This document shows, in pieces, positions 40,957-52,284 of a stretch of 64,000 nucleotides of DNA; within the stretch, counting starts at the first letter, position 1; each line of letters starts with the position of its first letter. The translations under genes and the position numbers were made by a program. The DNA lies in contig CAWHCF010000032.1 of the NCBI GenBank assembly GCA_963827655.1, forward strand, positions 1 through 64,000. Reading direction: 5' to 3'. Below the pieces are notes generated by a model, which saw only the letters and a program-made list of their open reading frames with translations, did not search any database and was not told where the DNA came from. The stretch is from an uncultured Acidobacteriota bacterium. GTDB taxonomy: Bacteria; Acidobacteriota; UBA6911.

Positions 40957-42615
40957 GTGGCCCTGGCAGCTCTTCTTGTGACGGGAGCGTGGAGCATTTC
41001 CCTCCGCGCCGCCAGCGGGAATGCCCGTGCAGTGCCTACTTTCGAGTCTCTCGGACTTTACTACGACCGCGCCGCCGCACAGGATGGTTGCCGGGTACGA
41101 TACCGGATATCCGGCGCAAGCGAGTGGCGCGAGGGATACCCGCTGGTCTACGACCAACGCGAGCGCCAGTACCGGGGTTCGCTGGTGGGGCTCAAGCCGG
41201 GCACGGGCTACGAGATTCGGCTCGAGGCGGATCGAGAGAACGTAGAACTCAACGCTCGCACCATGAGCGAGGAGTTCCCCGTTGGCAAGACGACCCATCT
41301 GCCGGGCGGAAACATGGACAAGACACTCTACGTCCGCGAGGGAGGAACCGAGGAGGGGTGGCACCTGATCGCGCCGGCTCCAGGGACCAAAGTTGTCAGC
41401 GATGTGTTCAACCTGTCCGACTACAACGTCGTGGTAGAAGCGGATTACGTCATCATCCGGGGCCTGGAGCTCAGGAACGCCGGCATTCACGGCGTCATGA
41501 TTCGGGAAGGCGTGCAGCACGTCATCGTGGAAGACTGCCACATCACCGGATGGGGGCGCATGGGCGGCGCACGAGTCTGGGGTGTGACCGGCGGCAGCGA
41601 CAGCGCTATCTATGCCGGAAACGACGCCGGTCATCTCGTGATCCAGCGCAACCTGATCGAGTATCCCCGGGGCGGCGCCAACGACTGGGAAAGCGGGCAT
41701 CCGTCGGGACCGCAGGCAGTCAGTCTGATCGATTCGCGCGGCGGCAATATTATCCGCTATAACACCATCCGTTCCACCGATGACCATGGATTCAACGACG
41801 GAATCGGCGGCGGCTCCAACTACAGCTTCAAGGGAAGTCCGAACCGTGACTCGGACATCTACGGCAATATCATCTCGAATTGCTGGGATGATGCCATAGA
41901 AAGCGAAGGCGCGAACATGAACGTTCGTATCTGGAGCAATTACATTCACCACACGTTCGTGCACGTGGCTACGGCCGCCACGGCGATGGGCCCGCTCTAT
42001 GTTTTCCGCAACGTTTTCGGCGAGAGCCGGGTTTCTCACCAGGATCGGTCGGGAGGGATGATGATCAAAACGGGGATGAACCACATGAACATAAACGGCG
42101 AGCGCGTCAGCACCGGTCTGGGATATCGGTTCATCTTCCACAACACGGCGTTGCAGCCCAACGGCGGGCTCGATGTATTCAGCAGCCACGAACTGCACAA
42201 CGCGGTGAGCCGGAACAATATTTTTTACTCCCGCGGCCGCAGCTATCCCAGGGATTCAGGCGAACCGCGCAATGATTTCCAGAATGACTTGACGGGAGGT
42301 TACCTCGGGGGAGGCTTCATCCGGTCGATGTTTCTGCCGAGCGAGGGCCTGGAGTGGTATCTTGCGCCCACGATGAACCGCATCCAATGGGGCCGCGTGC
42401 AGTATACGCGCGATGGGCGCGACTTCACGATCACGGACCCGATGGAGCCGGTAAAGAATCCGGCCATCGACGCCGGGGTTCGCCTGCCGGGATTCAACGA
42501 CGAGTTCAGCGGAAAGGCGCCGGACATCGGCGCGTTCGAGAACGGCCTCGCTCCATTGCGTTTCGGCCGCGGAATGGCGCCTGGGTTTTCACGCGCGCCG
42601 TGGGAGTTACACTAG
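40957..42615 (+). CDS. Secreted right-handed parallel beta-helix (lyase-like) protein
   Basis: PTFESLGLY N-terminal domain; NIIRYN, DIYGNII and VRIWSN coils; C-terminal AIDAG...APDIGAFE. Confidence 0.8.
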   Translation: MALAALLVTGAWSISLRAASGNARAVPTFESLGLYYDRAAAQDGCRVRYRISGASEWREGYPLVYDQRERQYRGSLVGLKPGTGYEIRLEADRENVELNARTMSEEFPVGKTTHLPGGNMDKTLYVREGGTEEGWHLIAPAPGTKVVSDVFNLSDYNVVVEADYVIIRGLELRNAGIHGVMIREGVQHVIVEDCHITGWGRMGGARVWGVTGGSDSAIYAGNDAGHLVIQRNLIEYPRGGANDWESGHPSGPQAVSLIDSRGGNIIRYNTIRSTDDHGFNDGIGGGSNYSFKGSPNRDSDIYGNIISNCWDDAIESEGANMNVRIWSNYIHHTFVHVATAATAMGPLYVFRNVFGESRVSHQDRSGGMMIKTGMNHMNINGERVSTGLGYRFIFHNTALQPNGGLDVFSSHELHNAVSRNNIFYSRGRSYPRDSGEPRNDFQNDLTGGYLGGGFIRSMFLPSEGLEWYLAPTMNRIQWGRVQYTRDGRDFTITDPMEPVKNPAIDAGVRLPGFNDEFSGKAPDIGAFENGLAPLRFGRGMAPGFSRAPWELH

Positions 42616-42649
42616 ACTGTCCGTAGACGCGGGTGTGCCGCACTGAACT

Positions 42650-43664
42650 TCACCGACCGGCCGTCTTTTCTTCGAAAAGATCCGAAGCCGGATGTCGGAT
42701 TTCGAAACTTACCGCCGCGCGAAAGGTTTGAGCGCTGTGCGTGGTCAACCAGCCTTCGGCGACGTAATTACCCGGAGGAAGCGGCGCGCCGGAGCTGGAT
42801 TCCGATAGCCGCAGTCTGATCACATTGTTCCTCTCACCGACAATCTCGAGGACCTGTTCGGCTTGCGTGAATACCTGTCCTTCCGACCAGCGATACAAGG
42901 TCTCGCCCCGGTCATTCCGGATGGTCAGATCGAAGGTCTGTCCGGTAGGGAATTGTATCCTGAGCGGATCGACGTGATCGTTGCGAACGGTCAGCCGGGC
43001 CGTCATCACATTTCCGGTTGCGCCGGGCTCGTTTGGTTTGAGTTCGTAAATGCTGCGGTCTAGCGCCAGACTGAAGCTGATGTGCGGTTCCGAAAGATAG
43101 GTGCGACCGCCGATGCGCGCGTAAATCAGGTCAAACGAAGTCGGGCCCGCAATGGTCAGGTAGGCGCGATGAACGAGGCCGACGCCCGGCAGATAGTACT
43201 CCCCGTTCAATCCAGCATCGGCACAGGCGTTCGGCCCATATTTCACGAGAACTGCATTGCCGAAGTTCCCGATCGGGCCCCAGTAGCGGGTCTCGTAGGA
43301 CACGATTTTTCCAAAGGCGGTGCAGGGGTCAGCCACGGAGGGGAATTCCACATCTTCGGGGACGCCGAAGTCAACCCAGACATGCTCCCTCCTGAGTTCG
43401 GCGCTCCAGGCCAGCAGCTTTCCGTCCGGCGCTTCGCGCAGCCAGATCGTTCCCCAGGGAAAGCCTTCCAGACGCGTGTAGCGCCTGTCCATCGAATTCA
43501 TCCACCGCCTTTGCCTCGACCGTCCAGATCGTGGAGTGCCGGGCTTGATTGCTTCTGTAAATCCACTGGTTTCCAATTTGTAACGGGTATTCGATTGACT
43601 GCGCATTGACACTTCGGGCGAACAAAAGACACAAGTACACCAAGGCGACGTTCCTGCTGAACAT
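42650..43664 (-). CDS. Secreted protein with C-terminal BsuPI-like Ig domain (frameshifted)
   Basis: YPLQIGNQWIY N-terminus; C-terminal FPTGQTFDLTI...YRWSEGQVFTQA. Confidence 0.7.
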
Positions 43665-43998
43665 GATCGGCCAACCCCTCCGTTATGGACATCGTGACAT
43701 CCCCATTAGATGACAGAGTCCAGTAAGCGGTTCAGTTGGCGCGACACGAGTTCCTGCAAGGCCTTCAGTCTGATCGGCTCCTGTGACTGCCTTCCTGTAC
43801 AGCGTCCCACGGCGCCAAGAGCAGCCGTGCCTGCAAAATGTCCAAACTCCAAGCCCCTGTTGGTTGTGAGACCCAAATCCTCGAACATCTCAACAGCCGT
43901 CCACGAGCACGTGATCGGTTTTTTGCACGGTCCGCGGTCAGACTAGGCTTGCCAGCCGCTTCGCGTCTGGGCCTTCGATCCCTGGTTAACGGTGTGTG

Positions 43999-45220
43999 TC
44001 AGCGGGCGGCAGTGTTGGAATCGAAAAGCAGGGTCCGTTCGTCGGTGTAGATGGCGGTAAACTTGCCGTCGGCGATCTCGAGGGCGGAAGGGCGTCCGCC
44101 GGGGAAAAAGCTCGTCAGCATCCCGGTGTCGATGAGAAATACGCGGCCGTCGAAGCGCGATCGCATCCGGCCTCCAGTCTGGACGGTGTGGCCCACGATG
44201 AACCGAACATCGCCGTACGCCTTGACCAGAGCCGCGTATTTGCTGGGCTCCCTCCGAATCGCTCCACTGGGAAAAGCCTCGAAACCACAAAGGACCATCA
44301 GGGTTAATCGCCAGCCAACCCTGGAAGCCGGCGAAGGTTTCGAGCATCTGAAGGCGTTGCCTCATGTCGCTTTCAGATGAGAGCGCCATGCTCCCGCTCT
44401 TTACAGCATCGATTGCCGGCTGAACGACAGCGAGGAGCTCTTCAATCGTGAAGAACGGGAGTGCCAGCCTCCATTCCACCAGTTGCCTGACGGTTGAATC
44501 GAACGTCTGGATTTCATTTTTCACCCGGCTGTTGATCTGGGACACCTTGACGGCCGCCACCGCCGGGCTGATGCCTCCATGCAGGAAGATCGATCCCCCC
44601 TCCTGGAAAATCGCCGCCCGGCTGCGGATCCAGCGGCCGTACTTGCCATCCGGCGCCAACGCGGCGCGGTGCTCGACGAAACCGGGGGGATGCGCCGCCA
44701 TCCACTGATTTTCCATCTCCGGGGTAAACGCCGGTGTCGGTTGCCGAAGCAGCGCGGCCCGCCGGCGCAAGACTTCCATGTGGGCGCGGTATGCGTCCTG
44801 GCGTCGTTTCTCCGACTTTTCGTCAACGAAGGCGGCATAATCCTGCGCCACAACGTAGCGCAGGTCCCCGTAAAGGATCATCAGCTCGTGGTTGCCGAGC
44901 AAGGCGACGACGCGCCCTTTCTGCTGTGACGCTTCCTTCTCGAGGTTCATTACCAGATCCATCACCGCGCGCGACTTTGGACCCCGGTCCACCAGGTCCC
45001 CGGTCTGAACCAGAACCGAATTCCCTCCGGTCCAGTGGTGTTCCGCATCGATCAGGCCGGCGCTTTGCAGGATCGAAACCATCTCATCCAACCCTCCATG
45101 GACGTCTCCGACGGCCACGAGTCGCGCACCGGCAGGACCTCCCTGCGAGGGATCCGATCCGGCGCAGAGTAGCAGCGCCAGGGTGAGCCCGAGGAAAGAG
45201 AATCGCTTGAGTCGAATCAT
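43999..45220 (-). CDS. Secreted Shewanella-like metallophosphoesterase (frameshift near 44235)
   Basis: GDVHG, GDLVDRG, GNHE, HGG, then IVGHT and the IDTG motif in the next frame. Confidence 0.88.
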
Positions 45221-45257
45221 GGCTGGTATCTCCGCGTTTCTTTGGTCAGCAACAGGA

Positions 45258-46076
45258 TCAGTCTTGCTTCTTCTTCCTGGACTCCTCATACCGCTTTCGA
45301 TTGGCCTCGTTCAGCGGGTAGACACCATAGATCGATTCGCCTTTCAGGAGAAGGTCGCGCTGAAACTCCTCCTGCTCGTCGTGCTCGAGGGCCTTCTCGG
45401 CTATCTTTTCGGCGATCTCCGCCGGGATTACGAGAATGCCGTGAGTTTCACCGACCAGGATGTCGCCCGGGATGACGGTGACCTCACCGATTCGAACCGG
45501 CACCTGGTAGTCAACACTCATCTGGATCGGGCTGACGCTGGCGGCGTGCCCGCGCCGCATGTATACCTGCAGGTGCATCGCCTCGAGCTCGGGCACGTCG
45601 CGCATCGCGCCGTCAACCACCAGGCCGGCGCCCCCGCGGAAAAGGAAACGCGCAGTCGTGACTCCTCCTGAAACAGCCGAGCGGATCTCGCCGCCAGCAT
45701 CAAAGACCAGGATATCTCCGGGCTGCGCTTCCTCGGCTGACTTGTAGTTAAGCTGCGGGCCGGCGGAGTAGAGCTTGGCGCGTACGTCCTTGCGATTGGG
45801 CAAGTATCGGATGGTCCGGGCGCGCCCCACCATCCGGTGATTGGGCTTTAGCGGGGTCAGCTCGTTGATGAAGCATTGCGGATACCCTTCGGCCGTCACG
45901 AGAGCCCAGGCCGATTCCAGTCCGACGCGCATCAGCTTGCCGAACAGGGCCCGGTCCTTGGGATCCAATCGTTCCTGGATGTACGCGGGCATCTCGCGCA
46001 CGGTCGGGTTCAATTTGAGCGGGGCGTTCTGAGCCCAGGCCAAACAGGGAAGTAACAATAAAGCAGCGTATCGCAT
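45258..46076 (-). CDS. RraA-like / HMG aldolase family protein with signal peptide
   Basis: MVGRARTIRYLP; PGDILVFDAGG; GLVVDGAMRD; PGDILVG. Confidence 0.82.
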   Translation of the reverse strand: MRYAALLLLPCLAWAQNAPLKLNPTVREMPAYIQERLDPKDRALFGKLMRVGLESAWALVTAEGYPQCFINELTPLKPNHRMVGRARTIRYLPNRKDVRAKLYSAGPQLNYKSAEEAQPGDILVFDAGGEIRSAVSGGVTTARFLFRGGAGLVVDGAMRDVPELEAMHLQVYMRRGHAASVSPIQMSVDYQVPVRIGEVTVIPGDILVGETHGILVIPAEIAEKIAEKALEHDEQEEFQRDLLLKGESIYGVYPLNEANRKRYEESRKKKQD

Positions 46077-46546
46077 CGGAGACCCTCCGTGGAGTGACTG
46101 GAGCGGATTCTATATCGGGGACGGACGGAAAGCAGCTAGAAACCAGGCGCGTAGGCCATGGTATCGCGTCAGCACAAGCGCGACTAGCTTTCGACTGGCT
46201 TGCGAACTCGAGAATGACCTGGGTGCTCGCGTCACGCCAGCTCGGCTTCGGGACCCAGCAACCCACTGTGCCAGGAGCGACATTCCGTGGCAACCGGACC
46301 ACGGTCCATGTATCGGCAGAGGTATTCTCGAAACCCGGAAGAGCGACACCTGGCTACCATGCTACCCCGCGGTGCGACTGGGCAGCGCTCCTCGCTGGAT
46401 CGGGGATGGCGTCTGGCCGTTCATAGTGTAGGTGGTCCTGGTCCGAAACGACCGGCGGCTATACCAACGTCGGTCGGACGTGGAGCACAACGCCTGCGGA
46501 GGAGGCTGCATAGCTTTTTAGGTCTTCGGATGGCATACTACGATTC

Positions 46547-46746
46547 ATGAGCGTCAAGGCACGATACACGAACGGGGTCTTCGAACCCCTCGAAGAAGTC
46601 CGGGATGCGCGACCGGGGAAGGTCTACCGGGTTTTCTCCGAGGAGGAACTGCGCAGCCTTGCCGAAGGACTTACCTGGCTGAAGGCTCTGAGAAGAGCTT
46701 CGAATTCTGGAGCAACGAGGAGGATGCCGTCTACGACAAGCTATAG
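46547..46746 (+). CDS. AF2212/DUF104-like antitoxin (frameshift near 46687)
   Basis: MSVKARYTNGVFEPLEEV; tail SFEFWSNEEDAVYDKL* in a shifted frame. Confidence 0.7.
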
Positions 46747-47074
46747 GCAAGGCGACATCGTTCTCGTGTCTTTTCCTTTTACTGACCTGAGCTCCACAAA
46801 ACGCCGACCAGCCGTCGTCGTTTCTCCTGATTCCTTTAACGCCCGCAAACAGGATCTAGTCCTTGTTGCGATCACTTCACAGATCGGAGACGATCCTCAG
46901 ATCGTCCTTCTAGAAGATGGCGATTTCAGGGAAGGCAGATTGCCCAGAAGATCCGTCGTCAAGCTGACCAAGCTCTTCACCATGCACTCCTCCCTGATCG
47001 TCAAGAGAATCTGCACCCTCAAGCATGAAAAGATGGACGAAATCCTGAAAGATCTCCGAGATTTCCTTTCGTAG
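46724..47074 (+). CDS. PemK/MazF family toxin
   Basis: QGDIVLVSFPFTDLSSTKRRPAVVVS...VAITSQ; RBS GAGGAGG before ATG 46724. Confidence 0.9.
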   Translation: MPSTTSYRQGDIVLVSFPFTDLSSTKRRPAVVVSPDSFNARKQDLVLVAITSQIGDDPQIVLLEDGDFREGRLPRRSVVKLTKLFTMHSSLIVKRICTLKHEKMDEILKDLRDFLS

Positions 47075-47461
47075 TCTGATTCGGCGCATTTTGCAGGGCG
47101 TATCTGGCGACCTTGCGTCCGCCGCCTGAGCAGGTGCAAGGCGCTGTCTGGAAGCCACTTTGGTTCAACTTGACAAGGTTGTTGGATCGGCCTAGCATCG
47201 GCTTGGCCAATTTCCCAGTCTGACCACGATAATTCCCAAATTGAGATCGCCGTGCCTCCAAAAGCAAAGGCGCCTCATGAGCCAACCCCACACTCGACAG
47301 CCCAAGTTCTTGCATCAGCTCCCCCGATTCATCAGTTGACTCAGGAGCGAACTCCTTCCGAGCAGTCTGCCGCCCGCCGGCCGGCGATTCGGAAAGCGGC
47401 CAGAACGTAAATGTCGATCCGGTTCTGTCGAGGAAAACTGTCTCTGAAAGGAGAGTGGGGG

Positions 47462-50400
47462 ATGAGAATGGGTATCGCAGTAGTCGCCCTGGCGGCGCTC
47501 GTGCTGATCACGGCCTTGCCGTGCCCGGCGCAAACCACATACGGCAGGATCGTAGGCAATGCCCGCGATGCCAGCGATAGCGTCGTTCCCGCCGTCAAGG
47601 TTACCGTCGTCAACGAAGCCACCCGAGAGAGCTATACCCAGCTTACCAACGAGCTGGGCGCCTATGCCTTCAATACCCTGATTCCGGGGACCTATACAAT
47701 CCAGGCCGAAGTGACGGGGTTCCGACCGATTCAGATCCAGAACATCACGCTGCAGGTCAACCAGACGGCGAGGTTCGACCTGAAACTGGAGCTGGGGCAG
47801 GTTTCGGAGAGTGTGAGCGTGACCGCATCGGCGCCGGTACTGTCTACGGACACGTCGGACGTGGGACAGGTGATCACAACCCAGCAAATAGTCGATCTTC
47901 CGCTGAACGGACGAAACTTCCTGCAATTAGCCGCGCTCACGAACGGCGTGATCCTTTCAGGAACCACCGAGAGCGGAGGTCCGAACTTTCTGAGCGAAGG
48001 GGGCCGTCCGACGCAAAACAGTTTTCTCGTGGACGGCGTTGAAACCCGTATCCAGCGAGAGGGGGGCTATGGCCTGAACCTCTCGGTCGATGCCATCGAA
48101 GAGTTCAAGATCATGCAGAACGCCTTTTCGGCCGAGTATGGACGGGCCACGACGATCGTGAATGCGGCCATCCGATCCGGGACGAATTCGTTTCACGGCA
48201 CGGCATTCGAGTTCCTGCGCAATGACGTCCTGGATGCTCGCAACGCGTTCGACCTGACCGGGACAATTCCGCCCTTGCGCATGAACCAATTTGGAGGCAG
48301 CGTGGGAGGCCCGGTCCGTCGCGACAAGCTTTTTTTCTTCGTTAACTACGAAGGCCAGAGAATTCGGCGGGGCGCAACGCGCTTCACGAGTGTGCCGACG
48401 CCGGCGATGTTGAGCGGCGATCTTTCCGGGATGCGCGTGGCTACCGACCCGCTGACCGGCTCGCCCTTTCCCGACAACCGTGTCCCGGCCAGCCGGTTCT
48501 CGCAATTCGCCAGAGCGGCCATCCCGTACTTTCCTGCGCCGACCGGTTCCGCGCTCGTCAATCAGAACTATCAGGCCGTGCTTAGCAATCCGACGGACAT
48601 GGACCAGGTTACTACGCGCGCTGATTACGTCCTCAGCACAAGGGATCGAGTGAGCGGTCATTTCAGCGCGTTCGATTACGGAAACGTGCAGATTGGCACG
48701 CTTCCCTTCAGCGGCACCCAGCGCTTCTCGAAGGCCAAGAACCTTGCGATCGAGCACGTTCACAGCTTCAGTCCCACGCTGCTCAACACGTTCCGCTTTG
48801 GTTACGGCTACACCGACACGTATACGGGTCCCGACCAGTTGCTGGACCAGGATGTAACGCAGGAGTTCGGTCTCAAGAATCTGTCCCCGGAACCTCAAGC
48901 GTACGCTCCTCCGGGGATCAGCATCCAGGGCTTCGGCTACATCGGGGCGCCCCAGTGGATTCCGAACGGGGCCATCGATTCAAACCGCCAGTTCGTCGAG
49001 CAGCTGACCTATAACCGAGGGCGCCATTCGATCAAAACCGGAGCCGACATTCGTCTCCTGCGCTATGACGATCTCGGATACGCGATCCAGAACGGCGCTT
49101 ATACTTTCGCCAACCAGTACACCGGCAACGCGATGGCCGACTTTCTCCTGGGCATTCCTCAGTCCGCCTTCGCTCACCGTTCCGGCGGACAGGGGTTCTC
49201 GTTCAAGACCACTAACGGCGAGTATTCCTTTTACGTGCAGGACGACATCAAGTTGACGCGGAATCTCACGATCAATGCCGGGCTGCGCTACGAGTTCGTT
49301 CAGTGGCCTCATGAGGAAAACGATGAACTTGCGGTGTGGAATTTCGAGAGAGGAAGTCTCGACTTCGCCGGACAGGAGCTGCCGAGAAGAATCGCTCCGG
49401 CCGACCGGAACAACTGGGGACCGCGGCTGGGGCTGGCTTACAATCCGTTCAGTAAAACGGTAATCCGCGCGGGCGGGGGAATCGCCCACGGAAACTTCCG
49501 CCAGTGGGAAGTGGCTCTCTTCCACTTCAGCCCCCCCTTCGTATATGAGAACCTGGACTCCAACGACTTCCCGAATCCCCGGTTCACCACGTCGACGCTG
49601 TGGCCAGCGCCCGAGCCGCTCGACCGGATCGACTTCAGGACGGTCACCGTAAATTACCAGAGCCCGGACAAGGTTCTGCCGACGATGTACCAGTGGACCT
49701 TCGGCATCCAGCAGGAGCTATTGCCGAATCTTCTTTTCGAGTTGGCCTACGTGGGGAATCGCGCGGTCAACCAGCCGAACCGATGGGACGCGAATCCGGC
49801 GGCCCAGGACCCAGACCTCTCTCGCCCCACGGCAATCCAGACCCGACGGCCGTACCAGAACGTGGGGTTCGTGAGCGGCAACACCTCCCAGGCCTGGGCC
49901 AATTACAATGCGCTCAACGTTCGTGTGGAGCGGCGCTACTCCGGAGGGTTGTCGCTGCTTGGGGTTTACACCTGGTCGAAGGCCATGGCGATTCGACCGT
50001 TCGACAACTGGACCGTGATGGATATCAATAACATCCGCATGAACTACGGTCCGATCAATGACTTCACTCACAACGCCGTCATCAGCTATATCTACGATCT
50101 GCCATTTGGTGCCGGCAGAAGATTCCTCGGCGACGCCCGGGGAGTCGTGAACCAGCTCCTCGGGGGCTGGCAGGTGAACGGGATTACGAGCTTCCGGTCG
50201 GGCGCCGCACTGTCGTTGACCTCTCCGGTTTCCAACAATCGCGGCAATCGCGCCGGCAACCGGCCGGACCGGATCGGCGACGGGAACCTTGCCTCCGGCG
50301 AGCAAAACGTCGAGCGCTGGTTCGACATGACGGCGTTCAAGGACCCCGTCCTGGGGACTTACGGCAACTCCGGCGATGGCGTCATCCGCGGGCCCGGTCT

Positions 50401-50602
50401 GGCCAACTGGGATGTTTCGGTCTTCAAGAATTTCCGGTTCCGGGAGGCCATGACACTCCAATTCCGCTGGGAAATGTTCAACGCATTCAACCAGGTGAAC
50501 CTGGGCAACCCTTCAGTCAACACCGGCGATGCACGATTCGGGCGTATCAGCAGCGCGATGACCGCAAGGGAGATGCAAGCGGGGTTGAAGCTGATATTCT
50601 GA
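47462..50602 (+). CDS. TonB-dependent receptor, Oar-like
   Basis: Signal peptide; LPLNGRNFLQLA; SVDAIEEFKI; C-terminal AREMQAGLKLIF. Confidence 0.95.
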   Translation: MRMGIAVVALAALVLITALPCPAQTTYGRIVGNARDASDSVVPAVKVTVVNEATRESYTQLTNELGAYAFNTLIPGTYTIQAEVTGFRPIQIQNITLQVNQTARFDLKLELGQVSESVSVTASAPVLSTDTSDVGQVITTQQIVDLPLNGRNFLQLAALTNGVILSGTTESGGPNFLSEGGRPTQNSFLVDGVETRIQREGGYGLNLSVDAIEEFKIMQNAFSAEYGRATTIVNAAIRSGTNSFHGTAFEFLRNDVLDARNAFDLTGTIPPLRMNQFGGSVGGPVRRDKLFFFVNYEGQRIRRGATRFTSVPTPAMLSGDLSGMRVATDPLTGSPFPDNRVPASRFSQFARAAIPYFPAPTGSALVNQNYQAVLSNPTDMDQVTTRADYVLSTRDRVSGHFSAFDYGNVQIGTLPFSGTQRFSKAKNLAIEHVHSFSPTLLNTFRFGYGYTDTYTGPDQLLDQDVTQEFGLKNLSPEPQAYAPPGISIQGFGYIGAPQWIPNGAIDSNRQFVEQLTYNRGRHSIKTGADIRLLRYDDLGYAIQNGAYTFANQYTGNAMADFLLGIPQSAFAHRSGGQGFSFKTTNGEYSFYVQDDIKLTRNLTINAGLRYEFVQWPHEENDELAVWNFERGSLDFAGQELPRRIAPADRNNWGPRLGLAYNPFSKTVIRAGGGIAHGNFRQWEVALFHFSPPFVYENLDSNDFPNPRFTTSTLWPAPEPLDRIDFRTVTVNYQSPDKVLPTMYQWTFGIQQELLPNLLFELAYVGNRAVNQPNRWDANPAAQDPDLSRPTAIQTRRPYQNVGFVSGNTSQAWANYNALNVRVERRYSGGLSLLGVYTWSKAMAIRPFDNWTVMDINNIRMNYGPINDFTHNAVISYIYDLPFGAGRRFLGDARGVVNQLLGGWQVNGITSFRSGAALSLTSPVSNNRGNRAGNRPDRIGDGNLASGEQNVERWFDMTAFKDPVLGTYGNSGDGVIRGPGLANWDVSVFKNFRFREAMTLQFRWEMFNAFNQVNLGNPSVNTGDARFGRISSAMTAREMQAGLKLIF

Positions 50603-50685
50603 TTGGCAGATTTTTTTCTTCGCGTCCTCGTGTCCTGGTGATAGCTTTTTCCTTCCACCTGGATACGAAGACGCGAGGAAACCGC

Positions 50686-52122
50686 ATGCGAATCAGCAAA
50701 GGATTGGGCCGGCGCGGAGCGGTTCGTGCCATCGCCGCATTTTTCGCACTCTCACGCGCGATCGCCTGGCAGCAGGATACTCCTCTCCCAACCCAGCGGC
50801 TGGACCCGTTGATCCAGAAGATCGTTTCGGAAGTGTCGCAGGAGCGCATCGCAGACATTCTGAAAAAGCTTGAAAGCTTTGAGACGCGCAACACACTCTC
50901 CGATCCCAGCCAGGCGAACCGCGGAATTGGCGCAGCCCGCCAATGGATCTTCGATCAGTTCAAGAGCTACAGTCCGCGCCTGGAGGTCAGTTTCGATACT
51001 CACATCATCCCGAAAAGGGGGCGCGTGTGGAAGGAGGTCGAGCTGCGCAATGTGGTGGCAATCCTGCCGGGTAAGATGCCGCAAGCCCGCGAACGCTGGA
51101 TTCTCGTGGGCGGACATTACGATTCCTTGAACCTGCGAGTGCCGCAGGAACTTCGCGGCGATCCGGCAAAAGCAGCCGAGTTGCCTGCTCCCGGCGTCAC
51201 CGACGACGGCAGCGGAACCGCCTGTGCAATGGAGTGCGCGCGGGTGTTGAGTCGATACGAATTCGACGCGACGCTCGTTTTCATTGCTTTCGCCGGTGAG
51301 GAACAGGGACTGATCGGCGCTCGGGCGCTGGCCCGGCGGCTGAAGGAGAAGAACCAGGAAGTTCAAGCACTTCTTAACAACGACATCATAGGAAGTGAAG
51401 TCAGCGGAAACGGAGTCATCGACAATCGGCGCGTTCTCGTCTTTTCTGAAGACCCGAACGACTCCGCGTCGCGGCAGCTGGCGCGATTCATCAGGCGGAT
51501 CGCCGGCCTTTATTACCCGGAAACGATCGTCGACATGGTGTTCCGGCACGACCGGTTCGGACGCGGCGGCGATCACACGGCGTTCAACCAGCAGGGGTTC
51601 CCGGGGGTCCGATTCACGACCCCGAGCGAAAATTTCACCAATCAACACAGTGCCACCGACACGTTCGCCCATACCTCGCCGAGCTACACGGCGAAGGTAG
51701 TGCGCATCAACGCTGCGACTGCGGCGGCGCTGGCGCTGGCTCCGCGATCTCCTGTGACCATTCGCCCCGCTGCGCCAGCGCCGGTTCCGACGGCGTCGCT
51801 TGCCGGTGATCCCGCGGAGAGTGAGTCCGGCAGTCAAGCGCGCGCACAGGGACCAGGTCTGGGCCGAGGCTCAGGCTACGACGCCGTGCTGCGCTGGGAG
51901 CATCCTGATCCGGAACCGGACCTGGCGGGCTACATCGTGGTAGTGCGAACTACAACCGAGCCCGATTGGCAACGCGAGATATGGGTCGGTAACGTTCGAG
52001 AATTTACTCTGAAGAATACGCCGATCGACCAGCTTGTGTTCGGCGTGAAATCGGTGGATCGGGACGGGCATGAGAGCCCGGTCTCGGCCTACTGGACGCA
52101 GCCCTACCCGCCAGATCAGTAG
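50686..52122 (+). CDS. M28 family peptidase with FN3-like C-terminus
   Basis: GGHYDS; PGVTDDGSGT; AGEEQGL; NNDI; GGDH. Confidence 0.9.
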   Translation: MRISKGLGRRGAVRAIAAFFALSRAIAWQQDTPLPTQRLDPLIQKIVSEVSQERIADILKKLESFETRNTLSDPSQANRGIGAARQWIFDQFKSYSPRLEVSFDTHIIPKRGRVWKEVELRNVVAILPGKMPQARERWILVGGHYDSLNLRVPQELRGDPAKAAELPAPGVTDDGSGTACAMECARVLSRYEFDATLVFIAFAGEEQGLIGARALARRLKEKNQEVQALLNNDIIGSEVSGNGVIDNRRVLVFSEDPNDSASRQLARFIRRIAGLYYPETIVDMVFRHDRFGRGGDHTAFNQQGFPGVRFTTPSENFTNQHSATDTFAHTSPSYTAKVVRINAATAAALALAPRSPVTIRPAAPAPVPTASLAGDPAESESGSQARAQGPGLGRGSGYDAVLRWEHPDPEPDLAGYIVVVRTTTEPDWQREIWVGNVREFTLKNTPIDQLVFGVKSVDRDGHESPVSAYWTQPYPPDQ

Positions 52123-52132
52123 ATCTCCGGAC

Positions 52133-52270
52133 GATTCTTGGTGTTTCTTCGCGTCTTTGAGTCTTAGTGGTATTTGTTAGACAGCTCTAACCACGAAGAC
52201 ACGAAGACCCGAAGAAACGCTGAGCACTTCCGTTGCTGCCTCAGGGTTGCTTCGCGTCTTTGCGGTGGTT
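52133..52270. repeat. ACGAAGA-unit palindromic repeat (inverse of the 26031 copy)
   Basis: GACAGCTCTAACCACGAAGACACGAAGACCCGAAGAAAC, between convergent genes. Confidence 0.85.
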
Positions 52271-52284
52271 TTCCTGGGAAAAAG

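Noticed and set aside
46090-46540. Possible gene remnant or ncRNA upstream of the PemK locus
   Set aside because: No recognisable motif in any frame and no convincing structure
46547-47074. Genuine antitoxin-toxin fusion protein of 175 aa
   Set aside because: The toxin has its own RBS and ATG, and the antitoxin tail lies in a shifted frame, so a single indel explains the fusion
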